Positions 1 through 6,888 of a stretch of 15,143 bases of DNA are shown here, piece by piece. A program made the translations under genes and the position numbers. A model generated the notes under the pieces. It had not been told where the DNA came from. It did no database searches and saw only the letters and a list, made by a program, of their open reading frames with translations. How positions within the stretch are numbered: the stretch's first letter is position 1; every line of letters begins with the position of its first letter. This DNA comes from Methanobacteriaceae archaeon (lineage in GTDB: Archaea > Methanobacteriota > Methanobacteria > Methanobacteriales > Methanobacteriaceae), in assembly GCA_003558085.1 (NCBI GenBank), contig PWMT01000038.1, forward strand, positions 1 to 15,143, given 5' to 3'.

Positions 1-55
1 ATATGAATATAATTGTAATTAACTTGTAAATTACGTATTTTAATATTTAGGTTAG

Positions 56-67
56 AAAAAAAAGGAA
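56..67 (-). terminator. Putative oligo(T) terminator of the MJ1244-family gene
   Basis: Minus strand reads TTCCTTTTTTTT a few nt after the stop at 72. Archaeal intrinsic terminators are T-tracts. Confidence 0.45.
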
Positions 68-71
68 ATTT

Positions 72-407
72 TTATTCAGAATCGCCCTTGTTAACTATTA
101 TGCGGCGGATAGGGATTTCGATAATTGTATACCGTTCATTTTCTAAAGCCGATCTTATTTCAGCTATAGTTTCTTCTACGTTTTCTTCATCCATCACCGA
201 ACAAACCTGAACCGCTTCCTGGGCATGATCTTTGATTATAGCTATAGCTGATTCTGGATCTTCTTTTATATTAAATCCTTCCCATTCTTGAGGGGAAATG
301 CCCTTGTATTCTACAATATAAAACCCGGTAACTCCTGATTTAGACAGAGAGTTCATCACTTTTCCTAGGTTTTCAATTTCAACAAAAACCCGTAAATGAA
401 CTTTCAT
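72..407 (-). CDS. MJ1244-family PII-like (GlnB-fold) protein of methanogens, function unknown
   Basis: 111 aa, PII size. PII-like pattern: '[30 protein letters not shown]' (compare PII 'V..AL...GI.G.TV.EV.G'), a variable T-loop region, '[21 protein letters not shown]', and C-terminal '[10 protein letters not shown]'. RBS GGGTG upstream on the minus strand. Confidence 0.75.
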   Translation of the reverse strand: MKVHLRVFVEIENLGKVMNSLSKSGVTGFYIVEYKGISPQEWEGFNIKEDPESAIAIIKDHAQEAVQVCSVMDEENVEETIAEIRSALENERYTIIEIPIRRIIVNKGDSE

Positions 408-460
408 ATTAACACCCTTTATTAGTATGTGTTTCCCAGTATAATATTATTGGTGATGGA

Positions 461-1573
461 ATGAATTTTAGGGAATTAAGTAGCCGGGAAGATATAAAAA
501 TCCATGAAAATCCTCAGTCCATAATTTTTAGCCGGAAAAAAGGTTTTTTAGTGATAGGAATATGTGAAATAGGTGCCGGTCTTAATAAGGTGCAGCATAT
601 TATTATAAATTCATCTCCAGAAAATATATTTGATAAAAGAAAAATTAAAGCCACAAAAGCCCATTTAATGGAAGAAAATAATCTACGAGGCGATATGGCA
701 GTTATTAGCCATGATTTAGAAGATGAATTATTCGTCGCTTCAGAAGGACCGGTGACTGCGGTTACTTTTACACCTCAGCATAATAAAATGAATCAAGTTT
801 CCCCGGATCTGGCTATGCTTCCCCTAAACAATGAAGGCTCTTCTTATGCTCCCTGGTTCTTGAATAATATTATATTTATAAACGAAGAATTAGATTCAAA
901 AAGCCTTATTAAATGTTTTAAGGCCGGTGTTGAAGCCAAAGAAAGAGTTTTAGAAACTAAGGGAGTGAATTTATCCCTTAGAAAATCTATTATTGATGAA
1001 AGTTCGTTATTAGTAGCTTCAAATTATACAAATCAAGGTACAACTGGTGAATTTAATAAAGTTGATTTTAAAGAAAAAGTGGAAAATCCAATCCAGGAAT
1101 GTATGCTGAAAAGTTGTCAATCAGCACTAAATAATGCTAACTTTTCTTTAGGCGTGTTGGATTATATCTATCAATCAGGCATTAGCTTAGATGATCTAGT
1201 TGAGGCAGGTATGGAATTATGTGTGGGGTTAGAAGTAACCTCACAATTAAAAGAAAAACTAGCAGCGCAAATATTAAAATCTCTTTCAGATATTAATGTT
1301 ATAGCTTTGATTATGGCTGGTTTGAGAGTGGAAGAGGACTTCAAAATGCATCGATTAAGGGAGGTTGAAGTAGAAGATGATCCCGCTTATCTTTACAGTG
1401 ACGAAGTGTTGGGTATGGCCATAGCCAACCAAATTGCAGGCACTAAGGCAATCTTTAATTTCAAACGCTATGATGAATTAAAACCCGGTATAATTTCTGA
1501 ATTAGGGCCAATGATAGATGATATTATCGCAGGGCTTTTAGCGGGATGCATGTCCAAAATATTTGAACCCTAA
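461..1573 (+). CDS. cobZ: Alpha-ribazole-phosphate phosphatase CobZ (PgpA-like C-terminal domain) fused to an N-terminal CbiZ-like domain
   Basis: C-terminal ~140 aa carry the CobZ/PgpA motifs '[40 protein letters not shown]' and '[18 protein letters not shown]'. Lies directly upstream of cobS. RBS GGTGA at 452-456. Confidence 0.8.
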   Translation: MNFRELSSREDIKIHENPQSIIFSRKKGFLVIGICEIGAGLNKVQHIIINSSPENIFDKRKIKATKAHLMEENNLRGDMAVISHDLEDELFVASEGPVTAVTFTPQHNKMNQVSPDLAMLPLNNEGSSYAPWFLNNIIFINEELDSKSLIKCFKAGVEAKERVLETKGVNLSLRKSIIDESSLLVASNYTNQGTTGEFNKVDFKEKVENPIQECMLKSCQSALNNANFSLGVLDYIYQSGISLDDLVEAGMELCVGLEVTSQLKEKLAAQILKSLSDINVIALIMAGLRVEEDFKMHRLREVEVEDDPAYLYSDEVLGMAIANQIAGTKAIFNFKRYDELKPGIISELGPMIDDIIAGLLAGCMSKIFEP

Positions 1574-1659
1574 CTAATTTTAACAAATTTATTAAATCAA
1601 GTACCCCCAAATGGAGTTTTAACTAAAATAAATTGTATAAATATTTATGGAGATTAAGG

Positions 1660-2478
1660 ATGGATTCTAGAAAGAATAAAAAATATTCCTTGCAAGCTTC
1701 CCCGCAGAGAAGTAAATATCAGGAAAATGCATCATGGTATGTACGGATTGCTGGACTACTAGCTTTTTCCACGATATTGCCTTTAAATATTCATACTACC
1801 ATTAAGGAAATGGCCTACTATACTTGGTTGTGGCCTCTTATAGGAGGATTAATTGGATTATTTGTAGGGTTATTAGGATTCGTTTTTCATGAATTATTGC
1901 TCCCTCCCCTGTTAATCGCTGGGTTGGTTTATAGTTTTATTCTATTTTTTACAGGTTTTCACCATCTAGACGGCCTTATAGATATGGGAGATGCCATTAT
2001 GGCCCATGGAAATGCTCAAAAAAAAATTGAAATAATGAGAGATCCTAATATAGGTACCGGCGGAATTTCAATCTTTTTCATTGTGGCAATAATAACCGTG
2101 GCCAGTATCAGTGCCTTACCCCTAAACAGTATATTTTTTACCCTGCTTATAGCAGAGATTGGAGCGAAATTAGGATTGGTTACTTGTTGCACCCTATCCA
2201 TTCCTGCACCTAAAGGAACAGGAAGCTATTTCATCAAAGCTATGAATCCCCTTTCTATGATTTTAATTCTTCTAATAAGTTTATCCTTAGGCTTTTTGAT
2301 CCTAAAATGGATAGGAATTATAGGCGTATTAGGAGCGGTTTTAGGTGGAATTATAGTTACATTTACGGCTAAAAGACATTTTATAACTGCTACAGGCGAT
2401 GTATTAGGTGCTGCAAATGAAATAGCGCGTTTATTCACCCTACTATCAATGGTTATAGCCTTTCTTTGGATAACTTAA
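1660..2478 (+). CDS. cobS: Adenosylcobinamide-GDP ribazoletransferase (cobalamin synthase)
   Basis: Polytopic membrane protein with CobS motifs 'FSTILP', 'TGFHHLDGLIDMGDA', 'IMRDPNIGTGG' and 'TGDVLGA'. ATG at 1660 with GGAG upstream is preferred over the TTG at 1633. Confidence 0.95.
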   Translation: MDSRKNKKYSLQASPQRSKYQENASWYVRIAGLLAFSTILPLNIHTTIKEMAYYTWLWPLIGGLIGLFVGLLGFVFHELLLPPLLIAGLVYSFILFFTGFHHLDGLIDMGDAIMAHGNAQKKIEIMRDPNIGTGGISIFFIVAIITVASISALPLNSIFFTLLIAEIGAKLGLVTCCTLSIPAPKGTGSYFIKAMNPLSMILILLISLSLGFLILKWIGIIGVLGAVLGGIIVTFTAKRHFITATGDVLGAANEIARLFTLLSMVIAFLWIT

Positions 2479-2580
2479 ACCGATATTTAAGTATTAATAG
2501 AACAGGTCAGCACTTCTCTACATCAATGCCCCCATATACTTGAAATTGATATTAAAGCTTTCAAAACTAGAGATGAGAAT

Positions 2581-3111
2581 ATGGATATCACTGTTTTAAG
2601 ATTAGATCACCGCAGAAGAAGGGATGCTAGAATCACTACCCATGTTTGTCTTACTGCCAGAGCATTTGGAGCATCCAAAATTATTTTAAGTGGAGAAAAG
2701 GATGAGAAATTAATGGATAATGTAAAAGACGTAGTAGAAAGATGGGGAGGTACATTTTCAATATCATATAAAAAGAATTGGGAAAATTTTTTGGATCAAT
2801 GGAAAAAAAATGAGGGAGAAATAGTTCATTTAACCATGTATGGTTCTCCCGCACCGGAAGTGATTGATGAGATTCAAAATACCGGTAAAAAAAAATTAGT
2901 AGTTGTAGGAGGATCTCGAGTTCCAAGTAAAGTATATAAGGCTTCTGATTGGAATGTAGCTATTACTAACCAACCCCATTCTGAAGTATCATCTCTGGCA
3001 GTATTTTTACATATTTTAATGGATGGAAAAGAGTTTGATATTGAATTTGAAGGAGGGGATTTAGAAGTGATCCCCTCTAGAGAGGGAAAGGAAATAACGA
3101 CCAGAAAATAA
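2581..3111 (+). CDS. trm56: tRNA (cytidine(56)-2'-O)-methyltransferase (SPOUT family, aTrm56)
   Basis: Motifs 'VLRLDHRRRRDARITTHVCLTARAFGA', 'VHLTMYG', 'VVVGGSRVP' and 'NVAITNQPHSEVSSLAVFL'. Confidence 0.96.
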   Translation: MDITVLRLDHRRRRDARITTHVCLTARAFGASKIILSGEKDEKLMDNVKDVVERWGGTFSISYKKNWENFLDQWKKNEGEIVHLTMYGSPAPEVIDEIQNTGKKKLVVVGGSRVPSKVYKASDWNVAITNQPHSEVSSLAVFLHILMDGKEFDIEFEGGDLEVIPSREGKEITTRK

Positions 3112-3178
3112 TAAAAGAGTAGAAATCTGCATTTAAACAAATATGGTCTTATATCCTGATTAACTATTCCCCCTAGTA

Positions 3179-4225
3179 TTAATTCACCTTGATTCTGATT
3201 ATTTTATCATCACCTACTTGGGGGATGCCCCGGCCATCCCGGTTACTGGTGGAAATGTAGAGATAATCCTCATGAACCACCACTTCCCTAATACGGCCTA
3301 AATTAGTAAATAAAGCCCTTTCTCCCTCCACGCTTTGACCATCATTGGAAAGTGATATTTCTCGAAGTTGATTCCCCCTTAGTCCTGCCACATAAAGATT
3401 ATCCTGGAAAAAAGCTATTCCTGAAGGTGCTAGAGTGAAATCATCATAACAAACTAAGGGTTGGATGTATTGACTGTCAGGAGTAGTACATTCCTCTATA
3501 GGCCAACCATAATTTCCTCCAGGAATAATGATGTTTACTTCATCATTGCGGATAGCACCATGCTCTGCAGAATACATTAAACCAGAATCCGGATTCCAGG
3601 TTATACCTTGGGGATTTCTATGCCCATAGGACCATACATAATTATCAAAGGGATTATCCTCTGGTATGGAACCATCTTTATTCATGCGTAAAATTTTACC
3701 AGCCAGAGAATCAATATCCTGAGCTAATTCTTCTTGATTTGCATCACCTGTGGTAGCATAAAGTTTACCATCCGGTCCGAATTTTAAACGACCCCCGTCA
3801 TGTATAGGGTTGGCTGGTATACCCTCTAAGATAACTGTTTCTTCTTCTAACTGATTATTTAATTTGAAGCGTGAGATACGATTATCAATAGCCGTGGTAT
3901 AATATAGATAAATATAATTGTTTTCATCAAATTCTGGATCCACTGCTATACCTAAAAGGCCTGATTCAGCTTGAGCCACTACATCTATCTCACCCACTAA
4001 TTTCAAGGAATTATTATCCTGTATATTAACTCTTCCTTCTCTTTCTGTGAAAATCATTCGCCCATCAGGAAGAAAATCAATTGCCCAGGGAGTATTAAGT
4101 CCCTCTACTAGTATTTCTGATTGAAATCCTTCCTCAGGGATTGTTCTCGGCCATACTAAATATAGGGCTGTAGCCAAGATTAGTAGTAATAATAAAATTA
4201 GAAATATTATTTTCCGGTTCCACAT
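3179..4225 (-). CDS. PQQ-dependent sugar dehydrogenase (soluble glucose/sorbosone dehydrogenase beta-propeller family) with an N-terminal membrane anchor or signal peptide
   Basis: Motifs 'GLNTPWAIDFLPDG', 'ESGLLGIAVDPEF', 'HDGGRLKFGPDGKLYATTGD', 'GKILR', 'YGHRNPQG', 'EHG..DEVN..GGNYGWP', 'APSG' and 'GRIREV'. Hydrophobic N-terminus 'RKIIFLILLLLLILATALYLVW'. RBS AAGGGGAT. Confidence 0.92.
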   Translation of the reverse strand: MWNRKIIFLILLLLLILATALYLVWPRTIPEEGFQSEILVEGLNTPWAIDFLPDGRMIFTEREGRVNIQDNNSLKLVGEIDVVAQAESGLLGIAVDPEFDENNYIYLYYTTAIDNRISRFKLNNQLEEETVILEGIPANPIHDGGRLKFGPDGKLYATTGDANQEELAQDIDSLAGKILRMNKDGSIPEDNPFDNYVWSYGHRNPQGITWNPDSGLMYSAEHGAIRNDEVNIIIPGGNYGWPIEECTTPDSQYIQPLVCYDDFTLAPSGIAFFQDNLYVAGLRGNQLREISLSNDGQSVEGERALFTNLGRIREVVVHEDYLYISTSNRDGRGIPQVGDDKIIRIKVN

Positions 4226-4458
4226 TTTATCCCCTTCTAGAATTTAGAAGTTCCCTAAGTCTAATAATAATTAACTTGATTTTAATTATTATAATTTGTT
4301 AAATCTATAAAATTTATTTTAAGTTTACAGATTTTTTTAAAATTCTTTTTCCAAGATAATAATTAATTTAAATTGTTTGGGGAAAAAATAGAGAAAGAAT
4401 TAAATCCCTAGTCCCTAATATAAATAATTATTTGCAGAAAGTGTTGGATAGTAGAATT

Positions 4459-5100
4459 ATGATTAAAATAATGACTCATTTACTAGTTAAGGAACGTTTA
4501 AGTAAAATTAGAAAGAAGGGTATTGATTCCAGTCATTTTAGGATAGGAATAATGGAAATTGGTAGATTAATGTCTTATGAATTTGCAAATACCCTGCAGG
4601 AAAAATCCATAAAAGTAGAAACCCCCCTAGGTTGGGCTGATGGTATAAAAATAAAGGATCGGGAGGATATGGTTATAATCAGCGTTCTTAGAGCTTCTCT
4701 CCCTTTAACTTTTGGTATTATGCGAGTTTTTCCCGAAGCACAAACAGGTGTAATTGGCGCTTGGAGAGAAGATAACCCTCCCTTCAAAGTTAAAATGGAT
4801 TATCTTAAAATTCCAGATTTAAATCAGAAAATAGTAATTGTGGCAGATCCTATGCTGGCCACTGGTAATACTATGGAATTAATATTAGAAAAACTTAAAA
4901 GATATGGTAAACCTCGCAGAATAGCATTATTTTGTGTAATTTCTTCCCAAACTGGCTTGGATAAAATTAAAGATAAATATCCTGAATTAGAGTTTTATAC
5001 CTGTTCTGTGGAAGAAGAAATTAATCCTGATGGTTATATAATACCCGGAATGGGCGATGCCGGAGATATAGCCTTTGGTAAACCCTCCAATAATGATTAA
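4459..5100 (+). CDS. upp: Uracil phosphoribosyltransferase
   Basis: Motifs 'VLRASL', PRPP loop 'VADPMLATGNT' and uracil loop 'GYIIPGMGDAGD'. Start uncertain (TTG 4432, GTG 4441 or ATG 4459); 4459 gives a typical length. Stop overlaps the stop of the convergent gene (TTAA at 5097-5100). Confidence 0.93.
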   Translation: MIKIMTHLLVKERLSKIRKKGIDSSHFRIGIMEIGRLMSYEFANTLQEKSIKVETPLGWADGIKIKDREDMVIISVLRASLPLTFGIMRVFPEAQTGVIGAWREDNPPFKVKMDYLKIPDLNQKIVIVADPMLATGNTMELILEKLKRYGKPRRIALFCVISSQTGLDKIKDKYPELEFYTCSVEEEINPDGYIIPGMGDAGDIAFGKPSNND

Positions 5101-5591
5101 TAAATAGATTTTCCCTGGGCTATGGCCACAATAGCGGGAATCCTAACTACTTCTAATTGGTGAATAGCTTCCATACCCTCCTCAGGAAAAGCAACGATCT
5201 TTTTAGATTTAACCTTACTATTCAAAAGGGCAGCTGCTGGAGGAGTAACCGCATATATGGCCTTAGATTTACCTAATGCTTGAATAGTTTCTCTACTTAG
5301 AGCACCCTTTCCCAGATGAATGAGCACCCCTTGTGCTGCTAATTGCTGAATACTTTTTTCGATGGCAACTTTATTACTAGAGGTAGGAGCTATACCGGCA
5401 TCACTAACAGCAGTATGCATCATAACTGATCCCTGCAGATTTAAAAATTTTTCCCCATTTTTTAAAGAAGAAACTAATCTGGGAAGAGCTGCATCCCTGC
5501 CCGTGAAAATCTCACCACTGATAAGAAGATGATCCCTCACCTGAAGTTTTTCAATTTCTTTTACATCTACTGGTGTTATTATTTGCATCAT
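5097..5591 (-). CDS. Fe-S hydro-lyase, fumarate/tartrate type, beta subunit (class I fumarase C-terminal domain)
   Basis: Motifs 'L.V.D.L.ISGEIFTGRDAA', 'GIAPTSS', 'IHLGKG' and 'FPEEGMEAIHQLEV..IPAIVAI'. Confidence 0.88.
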   Translation of the reverse strand: MMQIITPVDVKEIEKLQVRDHLLISGEIFTGRDAALPRLVSSLKNGEKFLNLQGSVMMHTAVSDAGIAPTSSNKVAIEKSIQQLAAQGVLIHLGKGALSRETIQALGKSKAIYAVTPPAAALLNSKVKSKKIVAFPEEGMEAIHQLEVVRIPAIVAIAQGKSIY

Positions 5592-5681
5592 CTATAAAAA
5601 ATCCTTTGATCGTTAAGGGAATAAATAAGAGAGCATTACTGTTTTAAGATTAAAGTAAAGTTTATCAGATTTATACAATGT

Positions 5682-6845
5682 CTAGGATGAGTGAATATTT
5701 TTTAGATCTTCTATAAATCTTAGAATATGTGCTCGGCTAATATGGGGCATAACTACTATTCTAATAGCCACCGGATATGATGATACAGATACCACCCATC
5801 CTTTTTGTTTAAGTTTTTGGGCCAGTTCTGTTACTGAAATTTTAGGTGAAGTAAAAGTGACGATATTCAATTCCGGTGAGCTAACTAATCTAAATCCAGC
5901 TCTTCTAAGTTTTCTGGCTAGAAAATCAGTTGTATTCATGCAACGACTAGCAATTTCCAAATATCCTTCAAAACCCATATAATTCATGATAGCCCAAGTA
6001 GCAGCTGCAGAGGCTCCAGACCGGGTACCTACAATAGTTGACTGTAATTTCTCGGTTAAGTAAGGTGTTTCAATACTCATTACCTCTAAGAATTTTTTTT
6101 CTCTAAAAAGAATACATCCCGTGGGGATAGGTGTTAAACCCATTTTATGGGGATCTATGGTTATAGAAGAGACTCCCTTTAATCTAAAATCAAATTCAGG
6201 AATATCATATCCCATTTCTTTTAAGAAAGGTATGATGAAGCCTCCAAATGCCGCGTCAATATGCAGATAAATATTCTCATCTAGACATAAATTAGATAGT
6301 TCTGGGATGGGGTCTACCTTTCCCAGTTCAGTGGTGCCTGCCACTCCCACCACTGCCACAGTTTTAGTAGAAATTTGCTCTTGAACAGAATTTAAATCTA
6401 TTTTATACTCATCGTCTAAGGATGCTTCTTTAAGTTGGACTCCTAAAATATCTGCTGATTTTTTAAAGGAGAAATGAGCTGATTTAGGAACAATTATTTC
6501 TCCTGAATCTATGGAATTATTTTGCCTGGCTAAATTTCTAGCAGCGCGAATAGCCATGAGATTGGCTTCTGTGCCGCCGGTAATAACATGGCCACAGACT
6601 GCATCATCCCCTAATAGCACACCTATATTCTTTATTACCTCATCTTCTAATTGCTTTGTTCCTTTGAAAAGTCCGGGATCTCCTAAGTTAGAGTCTAAAA
6701 AATCACAGTATACTTTTTTAGCTATGGGATGTGCACAGGTACACATAGAACCTAAAATATTACCAGAAACATATTCCATATCTTTTTCATGATATTGTTG
6801 GAGTTGATCAAATATCTCTTGCTGGCTTAATCCTTTTCTATGCAT
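5682..6845 (-). CDS. mfnA: PLP-dependent L-tyrosine/L-aspartate decarboxylase (methanofuran and CoA biosynthesis)
   Basis: Group II decarboxylase motifs 'ILGSMCT', 'NLGDPGLFKGT', 'GGTEAN', 'HIDAAFGG', the PLP lysine in 'SITIDPHKMG', and 'GTRSG'. Confidence 0.95.
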   Translation of the reverse strand: MHRKGLSQQEIFDQLQQYHEKDMEYVSGNILGSMCTCAHPIAKKVYCDFLDSNLGDPGLFKGTKQLEDEVIKNIGVLLGDDAVCGHVITGGTEANLMAIRAARNLARQNNSIDSGEIIVPKSAHFSFKKSADILGVQLKEASLDDEYKIDLNSVQEQISTKTVAVVGVAGTTELGKVDPIPELSNLCLDENIYLHIDAAFGGFIIPFLKEMGYDIPEFDFRLKGVSSITIDPHKMGLTPIPTGCILFREKKFLEVMSIETPYLTEKLQSTIVGTRSGASAAATWAIMNYMGFEGYLEIASRCMNTTDFLARKLRRAGFRLVSSPELNIVTFTSPKISVTELAQKLKQKGWVVSVSSYPVAIRIVVMPHISRAHILRFIEDLKNIHSS

Positions 6846-6855
6846 GAAAATAACC

Positions 6856-6887
6856 TAAAAAGTAGATTTAAAAAAATAAAAAATAGA
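6856..6887 (-). terminator. T-rich tract after ppsA (putative terminator or attenuator before mfnA)
   Basis: Several T-runs on the minus strand (A-runs on plus) within the 43-nt ppsA-mfnA gap. Confidence 0.35.
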
Positions 6888-6888
6888 A

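Noticed and set aside
2479..2580. Possible cobalamin riboswitch or structured RNA near cobS
   Set aside because: The gap is downstream of cobS, has no B12-box consensus, and shows only short AT-rich inverted matches such as ATCAAT/ATTGAT.
2016..3140. Four short minus-strand ORFs (2016-2201, 2226-2438, 2681-2926, 2874-3140)
   Set aside because: They lie antisense to cobS and trm56 and have no recognisable motifs; shadow ORFs.
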